Origin: Gnetum montanum
Lineage: Eukaryota > Plantae > Gnetophyta
Reading direction: 5' to 3'
Assembly: GCA_015680685.1 (NCBI GenBank)
Contig: MNCI01001153.1
Location: 215,582-279,581 of the forward strand
Length of the DNA stretch: 64,000 nucleotides
Positions within the stretch are counted from its first letter, which is position 1, and each line of letters opens with the position of its first letter. Position numbers and translations under genes: made by a program. Below, piece after piece: positions 37,932 through 51,123 of this stretch. The notes below the pieces were generated by a model. It was given only the letters and a program-made list of their open reading frames with translations. It did no database searches and had not been told where the DNA came from.

Positions 37932-40059
37932 TGTAACAATGGAAAATGTCGGTAGCTGGAAATACCAAACAAAAATCTGTGTACACAGTCTTAATCATGG
38001 ATCCGCGTGAGGGCCGTGCTGGAGGAAACGAATCCGCCGTGCCCTCAACGGTCTTGTCGATCAAACAGGGACTTACTCAATCAGTAAATCGACGAATGTT
38101 GTAGATATCCCGTGGAATAATCTGATTCGGTGAATCGCCAAAGGAGAAGAAAATAATGTAGATAACAACAACATCAACACGACAAGAAGGATCGAATTTA
38201 AGGAAAATGTGTAATTCCAAGATCTGTACTTTGACCCGAAAACTGGGTATATTGCATACAAATTTCCAATGGGAAAGCTCCGCTTATCTTATGCGAAGCA
38301 TACACAAAATAACAAGAAAACTGTTCAACAAGGAGTGTAGAATGGGGTTCGATCTACCTCGTAAGCCAGAGATGGGATGCAAGGAAGGTCAAGCTCTGAC
38401 GTCTATTGATCAAATGTTTCTGATCAATGAATCTTACAAACTGCACCAGATAACCTCTCGATATCTGATCTGCTCTTTTTGCTTTCGGTAGTCTCTACTC
38501 AAAGCTGCCAATGATCGCCAATGGAGAGAGTTGTGTTTTTGCCAAAGGATTGATCGCTCCTGCTGCAGATGCTCAAGAAAAATGTTTTCTCTCTCTGCTA
38601 AAAGGTGATGCTACCAAAAGTTACAGATGCTGCCCGGGGTCCCTTTGTTTCTTCGCCAACTAGAGTATTTATAAGTTCGACAACATATGGAGAAAGCATG
38701 GCCCTAACAACACGTATCTTGAACCTTCAAAATACCATTGACTTGACCAACTTTATGTTGAAACTGGCTATGTCACATCATATTGCAACGTGCGTTGTCG
38801 ACACTTTTGCCTAAGCTGCTTCATGATTATGCACAATATGCTTATCAGCGTATTATGTGTGTGGATAGCAAATGCATAACTGCTTTAACCGGCTTTACGC
38901 TGTGTTACACTCGTTTACACTGCGTCGGGTGGTGGAGCGTAATAGAGCATGGGAGTAGTTGATGCCAGCTATTTCATGCTTATTTACACCACAAAGCATA
39001 ATAGAGTGTAAAAAATGGTCAACTTTACAAAAAATTACGCTTTTCCACACGATGTAGCATAAGCAAGTGTGATACAACGTAAAGCCAGCTAAAGCAGTTA
39101 CGCATCTACTATCCACACACACAATATGTTGATAAGCATAATGTGCGTAATCATGAAGCAGCTTTGGCAGAAGTGGTCGATAGCATATTTTGCTGCCCTT
39201 CCCGAAACGTAACGCGACGTAGTCAACTTCAACATAAAGTTTACTAGGTCAATGGTATATTGAAAGTTCGGGACACATGTCATTAGGGTCATGCTTTCTC
39301 CATATGTTGTCAAACTTATAAATACTCCAATTGGCGAAGAAACATAGGGGACCCCGGGTAGCATCTGTAACTTTTGGCAGCATCACCTTTTAGCAGAGAG
39401 AGAAGACATTTTTCTTGAGCATCTACAGCAGGAGCGATCAATCCTTTGGCGAAAACACAACTCTCTCCATTGGCGATCATTGGCAGCTTTGAGTAGAGAC
39501 TACCCAAAGCAAAAAGAGCAGATCAGATATTGAGAGGTTATCTGGTGTGATTTGTAAGGTTCATTGATCAGAAACATTTGATCAATAGACGTCAAAGCTT
39601 GACCTTCCTTGCATCCCATCTCTGGCTTACGAGGTAGATCGAACCCCATTCTACACTCCTTGTTGAACAGTTTTCTTGTTATTTTGTGTACGCTTCGCAC
39701 AAGATAAGCGGAGCTTTTCCATTGGAAATTTGTATGAAATATACCCAGTTTTCGGGTCAAAATACAAATCTTGGAATTACGCATTTTCCTTAAATTTGAT
39801 CCTTCCTGTCGTGTTGACGTTGTTGTTATCTACATTGTTTTCTTCTCCTTTGGCGATTCACCGAATCAGATTATTCCATGGGATATCTACAACATTCGTC
39901 GATTTACTAATTAAGTAAGTCCCTATCTGATCGACAAGACCGTTCAGGGCACTGCGGATTCGTTTCCTCCAGCACGGCCCTCACATGGATCCGTGGTTAA
40001 GACTGTGTACACGGATTTTTGTTTGGGATTTCCAGCTACCGACATTTTTCGTCGTTACA
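37932..40059. repeat. ~1-kb inverted repeat made of two LTR copies (arms 37932-38912 and 39065-40059, ~150-nt spacer)
   Basis: tgtaacaatggaaaatgtcggtagctggaaa... is the reverse complement of ...tttccagctaccgacatttttcgtcgttaca. ORF pairs on opposite strands mirror each other (38207+/39784-, 38261-/39676+). Confidence 0.95.
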
Positions 40060-40110
40060 CTTGTAATGATATAAAGGTGTAGTCTTCCAAAGGCAATCAT
40101 TCCTTCAATT

Positions 40111-40375
40111 CAATCTTACGCTTTTTACTCGAAGATGCATTCTCAATCCTATGCTTCTTACTCAAAGACATCATCACAATCTAGTGCTTCCTACTCAAAG
40201 ACATTATTCAATCCTATTCTTCCTACTCAAAAACGTAGTCATACTCCTACACTTCTTGCACAAAGATGTAGTCAAAATCCTATGCTTCCTACTTGAAGAC
40301 ATAGTTACAATCCTTCGATTTGTACTCAAAGATATAGTTAGAACCCTATGCTCCCTACTCAAAGATGTTGTTAAG
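40111..40375. repeat. 33-bp tandem repeat, ~8 copies
   Basis: Consensus approximately CAATCCTATGCTTCCTACTCAAAGAYRTAGTYA. Confidence 0.85.
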
Positions 40376-42827
40376 AACATATACCACCTAGTAAAGCTCA
40401 AAGTCAACAACATATACTTCACCAACCTCTAATCCACCACTTATTCAAAAATAGATACATTTTTTTAAATTTTTCCTCTACTCAAAATCAATTCATGAAG
40501 AAAGTAGTTGCACCAAGTTAATCATGTTTTGATCCTCTTGGCACTCATTGTCTTGATTAAAATACCATATCCTCCACCTTGTGCTAAGGTGGTCAAGCCC
40601 TCATGAATTTGTTGAAATGAGTTCAAAAGTATCATAGCTTACTCTTCATCATCCCCATTAGAGATCATCTATTGATCATGAGGCTTATGCTTAATTGCAT
40701 TCAACCTATGATTCTCATCTAGTCTGTAACCACTACTTTTGATTTGAAGATTTTGAGAGCATTATAAACAATGATGTCCTCCACCATAGATGTAGCATTT
40801 TAAGCCTCAACTCCTTGGAGGATATTAAGATAACCCTTCAAAATGTATTTGTTTGTTCCATGACTTCTACTATTCTTGGGAAGCCTAACATTTCCTATAC
40901 TTCTAGGATGAGCTTTATTTTCTTGGTGTTGGCTTGACATAAGAGCCTCTAAATCCAGTTGGACTCACTTGTCCATCACCTCTCAAAGATTCATTACTCT
41001 CTTTCTTGCTCTTGAGCAACTACTCAAGTGTATCCTTATCCTTCTTTACTAGCTTGTAATTTGACAAAGTGGTTGCAACTTAGATGGCCTTCTTGAATCC
41101 TGTGATTTTGCAAGTTTTGAGCTCATGTTGGATCCAAGGTTTGAGGCCATTGAGAAATCATCTATTTGTTGTTCTCATCAAATTTTGGGATTTGTATGAT
41201 CATATTTTATTATTCTTGAATATACTCCTCTAGATATCCTCTGGAACTCCTTTAGCTTTGCCTAGGCTTTGTCAATGAAATTGCCAAGATGAAAGTTATC
41301 AATCAAAGTCTCCTTGAACTAGTTCCATGTTCTAATGGGTCTACCTATCCTAGTCTTTTCTTCTTAGAGGATGCCAAGCCATCAAGTCTTTGCTAATCCA
41401 TCTAAGAATTTGACAATAAAGCAAGCTTGTCTTTTAGTGGCACTTTCATACATCTCTAGAATCTCTTCTAATTTAAATAGAATTGTATTTATCATAGTAT
41501 CATTTGTGTCACCTTCATAGATTTTAGGTTCCTTTGCTTAGAACTTGGAAATTGATCAACTTGACCCTAATGCTAGTGGCTTTCTTGCATGGTTAGTTGA
41601 TCTTTCATGACCCCAATCTCATCATCTGATTTCTTTTCCAAAGCCTCAATCTTATTTTGTTAGCTTTCATACAATGCCTACTAAGTTTCTAGTAATGAAT
41701 GAAACTTTTGATTTATATCTTAGAGCTCTTAGTTTCCAAGCCAAATATTATCAAAAACATCCCCAAGTTGCTCCACCCAGTTCCTTAACATAAAGTTTTG
41801 TGTTAGGGCAAGTTTGTGTTTTATGCTAGTGCCCAACTTTGCAAGGAAAGGAACTTCTATTGGATCCACCAACTCTTGAATCATACAAGCTTTCTTACTT
41901 GCAGGTAAATTACACATAATAATATTGTCTAATTGTAATAAATGACTTCATAGTTATTGTATATTTTTAGGGGATTCATTAGTATATCCTCATACAAAGT
42001 TGGTTCATTATGAGAATTAGGACCAAAAGGAGGAGTGTAAGATTTTGGCTCCCTTTTATCTTCTTTTTGCATGTTGGGGTAGCACAAGAGTCACAAAAAA
42101 ATAATCATGATTAGAAACTGCATACCTAGAATCACCACTAGTCTTGAACCATAAACCATGGCTCCAATACTAAGTGTAATGACACTACTTTGACAAAGCA
42201 CCATTTAGCACCATTCTTGAGTCAAAAATCAATGAAACAACATAAAGTGGACCTAATATGAACTATGCCTCAACAATCATAGCACTTGCACACACATCAC
42301 CCATTAGTCCATGGGTTAAGAGTGTATCAAATATGCCACATGAAATCATTAAGTGACATGACCAACACAACACATACAAGCAATGACCACAACAAGTACA
42401 CCCAACCATAAGAGTTAGTGTTCCTGGAAAAGAGCTAAGACATGTTTATACTCAAATGTATCTAGCCCTAAGCCCTACTCTTAAAGTGAAGGGTAGTGTC
42501 TTGAGCATCAAAGTAAAAGCTCCTCTACAAGCCTACATATTCTTGTAACAAAGTATACAAAGGAATCATGACTAATGTAGTTCTTTGATGATGGTTGTCA
42601 TAGCCTAGAATCATTGTCGATCTCCATGCTCCTTTGGCCCATATTCTAGAAGGAAACAACCTTCGATCCACCAAAAAGGCATGTTTCCCTACACATTTAA
42701 GCATATGGGCATCATGAAATGATAACCAATATATGCAATTTGGAAGTGTTTTCATTGTACCTTAACTACCATGTATGCCTATTCATGGTAGCATGCATTA
42801 TAGATGCATCATTATCCACCATGAAGG

Positions 42828-42965
42828 AAATTCTAAGTATATATTCATACCAATGGTTAAAAAGTGAAAAAGAAACTTCAACTTCCAATCTTTCAAAAAT
42901 TCTAAGTATATCTTCATACCAATAATTGAAAAGTGGAAAAGGAACTTGAATCTTCAATCTCTCAC
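42828..42965. repeat. ~70-bp tandem duplication
   Basis: aaattctaagtatat..tcataccaat..tt.aaaagtg.aaa.g.aactt appears twice. Confidence 0.75.
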
Positions 42966-44455
42966 TTGAGATTTAGAATGCATAATACTATTCTATTTGC
43001 TTGATTATGAATAAACTCATTTTTTATTTTATTTAAACAAGTGTTTATGAATCTTACTCATGCATGGTCACCATTCAAAATCCATAGTAGTTAAAGGAAA
43101 AGTGAAATCACCTGCCTGCACACCTATTATTTAATATTGCATGCAGAATAGATACATATTTCCTCACATGTTATTTAATAATGTACGCAAAATGGCTGCA
43201 TACTTCCTCATAGATAATTGATAGCACAATGATACAACATGAAAACTTGTAGTATTTGGTTTGTTTCTTCCATTTTCAAAGTGAGACACCTAAGTTAGAT
43301 TAGACATGGAGGGTAAATTTCATAAATGTGCACCCACTAAAATTGTTTTTGGTAAAGCTCCATCAGATGAGGAGGATGAGGATTTTGATGATGAAGATGA
43401 ATTGGATAAGGAATTCAATAGGTTCTCTTGTGGCCTTTGGTAACTGATGGGACGTGATATCGCATGGGCTGCGATATCATGTACATGATATCGCATCCGT
43501 TGCGATATCGCATCCCCCACAATATCATGTCTTCCCTGTGATATCGCATACGCAATATCGCAGTCCATCGTAATTTCTATAAATAAGAAGTGGCTCTCCT
43601 TTGTTTCAGCATTAGGAGTTAGATTGTAGTGAAACTCTAGTAGTTTGATCCCTCCAAAGTTAGATTATTTTTCTAGTGTCTGCCCATAGTGTGATGAATG
43701 TAATTGTACAGCATTCTTTATTCGAGTGTGACATACTTGGACACGCACATGATCGGTAATAAAGATCGAGATTACTTCATCATTACAGCATTCACTTTGT
43801 TATTTATTTGTTTATTTATTTAATGTTATTTACTATTTTCTCTCTCACCTTTAAAATCCTAGAACGCAGAACGAGTACGAGTTGATTACGAGCACTTAAA
43901 TGTAACTACTTGGTATCCCAGTGGCGTACCTAGCATCTGTGCTTGGTAATTCCAGTGGTAGTTGTGCACGAGGTCCAAGATGTGTACGGATGATCAAGGA
44001 ATCAGCTACTTGTTGCACTTAGGCTAGATTAGATTTTCTTACCCTTTTCCTCCTAGCTTAGCTTAGTTAATTATTATTTTCCACTACCTTCAGGAGTAGC
44101 ATTAGAATTAGGAACACATCATATACCTCACTCTAGACTAAACCATATGTGAAAAATATAAATACTAGTCTAGGGTGGGAAGACAGTGAACTACAACCTA
44201 AGGTTAATGATCTAGGTGCCACAACTAGTCCGTATGCAGAGTTCGACTAGATCGTGCATGAGAACACTCATATTCGTATGGTTGAGTGTAGGGGTATCTC
44301 ACCACTCATCACTGGCGCCATTACCAGGGATGGTGCTAGTTATCTAGATTAGTTATATCATACATGGTTTCTGTAAAGAACTTAACGATATATCTCTTAG
44401 AAAGAAGAAATAATTATTAAAATTCACATCTAATTTCACACACATTTTCACAACA

Positions 44456-46438
44456 ATGTCTCTCCTACAAGATAATAATAATGCCACACTTAGTGAGGAA
44501 GTTCATTGGAGAACCAATGAACTATATGACGATGAAGATTGGAGTCTACAACCTGAAGTAGGGGTCTCTTATAAACATGAACAAAAATGTCATCATCGCA
44601 ACACACGAAAACATAACTTACCCGATGACAATGAAACCCTACTAGCCACTACAAGCCTAACGCAAATACAAGAGGCTGTTCAAATCTCACGTAGACATCG
44701 TAAAGAGAGCTGACTACCCAGGCTCAATTTAAACAACTTTCCTACATTTTCAGGAGGCTATGATTTAGACCCATATCAACATTTACAAGCCTTCTACGAT
44801 GCTTGTACATGGAATAACACTGAAAACGGTTGGCAAAAACTTAAGCTTTTTCCTATGACACTCATTGAACAAGCAAAAGTATGGTATAGATCGTTAAAAC
44901 CAAATTTGATATGACACTGGTCAACAATGGTAGAATTCTTTAACGAAAAATATCAAACCTACGCAAGAGTGTTAGCCTTGATGAAACAAATCCAAGGATG
45001 GAGACAAGCAAAACATGAACCCTTGGACATGGCCTATTAAACAACTATCCAAGCCATGGGTTTTCCAAGGAGAGGCTAATGTACCATATCATTGATGGGC
45101 TACATAATGAAACAAGAGAAACCTTAGGAGTATATGCCCAAGGTCAACTATACAACCTACAAACCCATCAAATCCAAGAGCTTATTAAGCGGGTAGCAAA
45201 AGAAGAAGGAGAATTAACTAGATGGAAGAATGTTCAAAAACATCAATGGGACCAAAACATTAACTTAACAAAGGTCCACGATCATAAGAAGGAGAAATCA
45301 ACTAATCTCAAGGTGGAAACATCATCTTTGCCAATACAACAATTGTTGGAAGAAGTAGAGGAAAAGATCAATAAGATGTTGGAATGGATGTATCAAAAGA
45401 GTGGAGAATTTATCAACACCATTGGAGATAGAGTTTTGACAACCCAAGAAGCAGGATGAAACAATATACAATCGAAAAAAAAGAATAAAAGGAATAAGTG
45501 CTCAACTGCCAATCCTACGTATGAATGCAATATATGCCTGTACGATCACCCCAAGGGCTAGTGCCCAATATTGTTACATATACATGAGCATTGGGGAAAC
45601 ATGTTACATCCAAAGCTCATACAGAGATACTGTGTTTGATCATAGTGGCAACAATCCCACTAGTGGGGGAGACCACCCTTAGACTGGAGGCACCCTTCAT
45701 ATTTTCCAAACTCAAATCCTTATTTTGTTCAACATCTTGTTTCTCCATTTGGGCCAACATACTCTATCTCACCACAATACTACTCTCCATAATACTATCA
45801 ACCCATACCTCCAACACAACAACTGCCACCTTTTGCACCTTACATTCCTCCTAACTTTCAACATTCTCATCCTTTCCCTCCTTCCACAATGTCGCCAACT
45901 ATTCCTAATGTGTTTGCACCACCACAACAACCTCCAAATGCTACTTGTGCTACTACTACTAACAGTAGTGAAAGGCCTCCTCAACATTAGAAGCATCCTT
46001 TCCTTAAACACAACCATAAGAAGGGACAACATAATTCTGAGGCCACTACACCCTACAACTCAACACAAGTCCTACACTGTAATGCACCCTTATCTTCGAA
46101 CCCAATTCCTCATGTAACTTCATAAGGGCCACCAACTTACACTCCAATAACCATATGGCCCAATGAACACAACCATGGGAGGCATCAACCCAATCCTTGC
46201 ATACCATCTAACGGTCACAAACATCATAGTGGGTCAGCTTGTTATCCAGAAACTACATCGTATAAAGTGCCCAACTATGCATATTATAATCAAGTGTGTG
46301 AACCCCGAGGGGATAAGTATAGACCAGCCCCAATACTTCCAACTTGCAAGGATCCTTATCTTTCATTTATTAATCCTTGCTATTCTCAACTGCTTAGTTA
46401 TGGGGGATATCCCCCATTTCAATAATAAGCAAGATTAA
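44456..46438 (+). pseudogene. gag: gag of the Athila-like element
   Basis: DPYQHLQAFYDAC...KLKLFPMTLIEQAKVWYRSL at ~44770-44900. Knuckle-like CNICLYDH...CP at ~45525. Pro-rich tail. Confidence 0.8.
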
Positions 46439-47807
46439 TAAATATTTGTCATTTTTTTTAATTTTACAACTTTTTTTTTCCAATTTTTCATTTTTCAAAT
46501 TTTTTTTATTTTTTTATCTTTTTTTCTTTTTACGTTTTTTGTAAGTAATCTCATCTATGAATAAAACACTCATGTGGATCATTGGTTAAGGTGTGTTTTA
46601 TGTTATTAAGTCATGAGTGATCAATTATTTGGCACAGTGAGCCCACTACATCCACTCATCCATTCTACAAATAAAGAGGTCTGTTCAAGGGTACAGTGAT
46701 ATTCTTGACATTTCTAAAACTTAAAATTAATTTTGTGTTCATTGTACCTAGAATGAAGAAGGATGGACCAAGAGGGAATGATTAGGATGTGACATCAAGG
46801 GGACTTGTGGATTCTCTTTGGTGATGGTTGTGGGTGTTATCATGCAATGTGGTTGTACTAAGATCCTTGTAGATCTAATGAAAATGGGAGTAAGAGTAAT
46901 CAAAAAGAGGCACTCAAAATCAAATGCTGTTCTAGGGGGTCCCATTGGAAAGACATGCACCCATGCTTGAAGGTTGGCAGCTTCTCTAGCTTCAGTAAAG
47001 TGAAAAAGAGAAAAAGGAGAAAAGAAAAAAAAAGAAGACAAAGTGCCATAAAACAAAAATCACTTCTCCCTTGTACTAAACGCTAGGTGATCATATGCCT
47101 TGTTATGGTACACTCCTAGTTGTTTATCATGAGATGAAGCAACGTGATGTCACTGATTAAAAGGATGGATTTGGTCCTGATCTTGGAACAATGGGTTAAT
47201 GACACTTTAATCATGCTTTACACGCAGGATTCATTGTGCCCTGGGTCAGTTACCTCATGTCCCAATCTCTACAATCCCTTCTCTAGTTCATCTCATCTCA
47301 CTATTCATGTAATTGTAGCTCATGTTCCATGTAGCATAGAATTTTCATCTCATTCTGGTGATAATTACATGTGTGTGTTTTGTGGAGTTAGTGCGGATTA
47401 AATCTAACCCTTCTAATGCCCACAGACACTTTAAGTGTGGTTACACAAGGGCATTATACATTGAAACCTTCTTTGGGGAGGACCCACTTGTGTAATTTTA
47501 TTGTAATCTTCATTAATTATCTAGCCCACACACATCATTTCTTACCCTTAGTTTAATTTTTCATAATTCTATTTCCCTATTATTATCCCCCTAAATTTTA
47601 ACGTTCCAATGTACCATTACATTCCCTTTTCTTCGTAACCGCCAAAGTTATATTTGCTAAAATTCACATCATTATCATTAATAATTCCTTTCAACTCAAT
47701 GTAATTACCCTAGGGACATTTTCATACTTGCCAATGTCCTCAATATTTAACATTAATTTCAAAAAAATCATTAAAAATTTGATATTTTCAAGTGTGTCAC
47801 ATTAGTA

Positions 47808-47870
47808 GGGCCGAGATATCGCATACGCAATGTATCATACGTGATATTGCATCCTATATACCTATAAATA
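47808..47870 (+). promoter_or_regulatory. Internal promoter for ORF2, with LTR-type GATATCGCAT motifs and a TATA box
   Basis: gggccgagatatcgcatacgcaat...gtgatattgcatc...ctataaata mirrors the LTR U3 (43452-43585). Confidence 0.65.
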
Positions 47871-48340
47871 TGAACCCCCACTATAACACTTAACATCATT
47901 TTTCCATTTCTATAGGGGGAGTTGTTGAAATTTTTCTTTGCAACTTGTGATTGTGTGACCCTTGCTTTTTCACTCATATCTCGCTCATTGGTGCTCCGAT
48001 TTTAATTCTGTTTGAACCTGTTTGTACTCGGAGTGTTCAGTTTAGTCGTGGGGGAGAGACACTTACTAAAAAGTGCCTAATGTTTTTGAAATTTTTCATC
48101 GCCCAAAGGACATCAGTTAGGATAATTAACTTAACACTTAGAATAGTTGTGCCAAAAATAATATAACCTTAGGTACACCAAGAGTTAAAAAATGGAAACC
48201 ACCTAAGTCACGAGACCCATTATTATCATTTTCAGGCATGATCACACATTATAACATAAGATATTTAATTAAGGAAAGAAATAAGGTATAACTTAACTTT
48301 GAAAACAACCTTACTAACGCTTGGTCCATGTGATTGTAGA

Positions 48341-51123
48341 ATGGCTCCGAAACATGTACAACAGGAGGGTCATGTTCAAGGTGGAGAGAAATGATCTTGG
48401 AGAGGTGGAAGACAAGGCCCTTCCAAACAACATACAAAATAGGAGGTGCAATCATTCAGCATCCATCAAGAAGGACCTCCTATCAAATAGTCCAGGCAGG
48501 CAGAAGGAGGAGTTGCTGCTACGCCTGAATTGGGATAATAACTCACGTTGCCCCTGGAATGTGTTCAGGCTATCCATAAGAAGTCCACATTTGCTGCGGA
48601 AATTTGGGAGATAAACTTTGAATCTTTTACAGAGTTCACTCCTGAGGCTATTAGGGATCACCTCAAAGGATCTTCCTTATGGCCTATCCTCTCTGAAAGT
48701 GGCGCCTGGTACTTAGGAGAACCGTACCAGTTCTAGCACAATAGGGAGCAAGGCACCATGGTTAATAATTTTGGTGTGATAGTAGATTTCTTTGCACAGG
48801 CTATTTCAGAAGTGTTAAATCTTTCGAATATAGGGCCTCATGTTGCTCGGTTATCTACCCGTTCAAACCCTAATGTGCGAAAGGATTGGTTAGAGAAGGC
48901 TTATGGTAGAGATAAAGCTTTTGGTGAGCTAATGATGGAAGAGAGAGTTTATTTCAAAATCAAAACCTATCACCTCTTGCCCACAAAATGTTTGAAAAGA
49001 ATATCGACGTATGTGGCTAGAGGATGTGCAGTGTTGATGGGAAAGGTTAACACTAACCTTCCTCATCTATATTTGACGAAGATCCTAAGGCAATTTGAAG
49101 AACGGAAGTCAAGCAAGATGATGCTACCTTTCCCCTTTCTTATCAAAAAACTGTGCCAACGGGCTAGTATTCGAGGTTACACAAATGATATCCTCCGAAA
49201 AGCCTAGAATGCTTCTTATGCTAAACTACTAAAGGCACCAGCTCCAAAAAAGAGCACTGGTGAAGAGTTGAGACCCAAAGAAGAAGAAGAACAGATTACT
49301 ATACCACCTACAACTCAACTTGCAGGACCCAGTAAAGCTCCAACCATAGGTCCCAGCCAACAACAAGAAGGCCTGGCATAGGCCAGGATCAGCCGCCGCC
49401 ATTGCAAGACTATAGATCATCAATGAGCCATCTTAGGGCCATTGCTGAGATGGTCAGTTGGGGAAGTCATGATGACGCAGACCTCTTCCACGTCATCGAT
49501 GATGTTGATCAGCCTACAATTTCATTAAATCACATAAGGGATGAAATATCAATTTAAATAAGAGGATGGGAAAGTAGATGGTCGTAATAGATCTTTGGAA
49601 ACATGACATCATTTTAGGTGCAGTTAGAGACTGGTGAAGGGGCCACTGTGGTGGTCATGCAACACCAGAATGCCTCAAGAGCTACTGAAGTGGTTGCTGA
49701 CGATGTCAAAGAATCTTTCAACGTACCTGTTGTGCCACCGATAGATCTCTCAGGAGCACGAGATGCTCAAACTTTGGCCAGAACCTCAATGACTCCTGTG
49801 GAACATGAGGATGCACTTGACTGACTTCAAATAGGGCAAGTTCTAACATCCCTATTTGACATCCCTCAGGATGTTACAACAATTAGATCAGACCTCATTT
49901 CCACCAAAGGAAAGTTGGTCATATTTGAATTAAGGGTAGAGCGCACTAAAGCTAAAGTACAAAAGCTACAAGAGCAGCTCATAGCCTTACAAGCAACACA
50001 GTGGAACCCTCTACAATTTGTTCTCACAGACTAGCTAGATAACTTTAGAACAGAGAAACTGACCAAATTGATTGTAGAGAATACGAAGGTGGTGGAAGAA
50101 AAGGAGAAGGCTGTTTCGGATGCCTCTACAGTAGAAGTGCAAACCCATGCACACCTTAAGGTACTTAGAGCCTTAGAAGAAAAAAATAAGCAGTTGGTTG
50201 CAGATAACCTTTGGTTGACCTCGGTAGAGAAGCAAAAGAATGTTCTCGATGAACACTTTCATCAGCTATGAGAACAATTCATTCAGGTCAACCAAGATAT
50301 AAGCTATTTAGCCAGAGAGAATTGAACCCTCTCAATGGAGGAGGTACACGCTATTTGACAAAAATTAGCAATTGAGATGAGCACGTGGCAGAATGAGACT
50401 AAATGACATGAGAAGCTAGAGGAGCATTTCTATGATCAGGTGGGGATGTACAAACAAATCTTGGAGAAGGAGATCCATATGGCCAAGGCTCAAATCAACA
50501 CCATCAGTGCTCAACACACTGATTGGAGGGCCATATTGGACACTTACACCTTCATCAACCAAGCAGAAGTTAAGAACCGGGACGTGCAGATCCAAAAGTT
50601 AATAGAATACATGGAGTTGGTAAACCTCAGATATGCCAACCTTTCCATGTTAATAGTAGGGTGCCCAAGAATAGAGCTTGAACAACAGGTAGCTTCCACC
50701 CATCTCAAATATGAGGTAGATTTTGCAGAACACAAGAAGCTGGTTGAAAAATTGGATGTTGTAAATTCTAAACTCGAGGTGGTCAAAGTAAGCTACCAGG
50801 GGTAAAAAGATGTAGCAATAGACTTGGCTCACCAACTAACAGATCTTCATAAATACAAATACAAAGCTAGAGCCTATGAAGAGGAACAATGGGTATTTGT
50901 GATGTGGTATGTCAAAGCCAACTAGATGTTCCCGCAACTACCCTGTCCGTGGGAAGTGCTAACTCCATCAAACATTGGAACATTAGCATGGACTACACAA
51001 GATCCTCGGACTAAAGAGGAGAAGCTCCAGGCCATACTTCAAAACCATCAAGCTTCCAAGCCTAGAGCACATGACAAAGGGAAAGCACCTATGGAGGAGC
51101 CACCACCACCAGGAACTACATGA
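48341..51123 (+). pseudogene. Athila-type ORF2 / Transposase_32-like accessory protein with a C-terminal coiled coil
   Basis: MAPK start. FFAQAISEVLNL and MLPFPFLIKKLCQRA motifs. Probable intron ending at 49617 (ttttag). ORF pieces are co-frame within each exon (48548 and 48758; 49618, 50068, 50440 and 50926). Confidence 0.7.

Larger units (their letters stand above)
24932..40059. mobile_element. Rearranged Ogre/Tat-like Ty3/gypsy element with three partial LTRs and an inverted internal region
   Basis: TG...CA ends flanked by a perfect TSD CTTGT (24927-24931 and 40060-40064). LTR pieces: 24932-25755 (+), 37932-~39063 (-), ~39065-40059 (+). gag-pol lies on the minus strand. Confidence 0.9.
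24078..42693 (-). mobile_element. Old Ty3/gypsy element, apparently lacking pol, that hosts the nested Ogre-like element
   Basis: LTRs at 24078-24607 and 42175-42693. Degenerate Met-type PBS at ~42161-42173. PPT-like tract at 24608-24620. TSD TATTT/CATTT. Gag remnant (EPKIYEGDT...) at ~40.9-41.9 kb. Confidence 0.8.

Noticed and set aside
38073-39918. Paired ORFs on opposite strands as real genes
   Set aside because: They are translations of inverted non-coding LTR copies.
33544-40375. Tandem arrays (33544-33760 and 40111-40375) as CRISPR-like loci
   Set aside because: No unique spacers, no cas genes, and a eukaryotic TE context.
45591-46117. Hydrophobic Leu/His-rich ORFs as membrane or env proteins
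   Set aside because: Off-frame readings of the Pro-rich gag tail.
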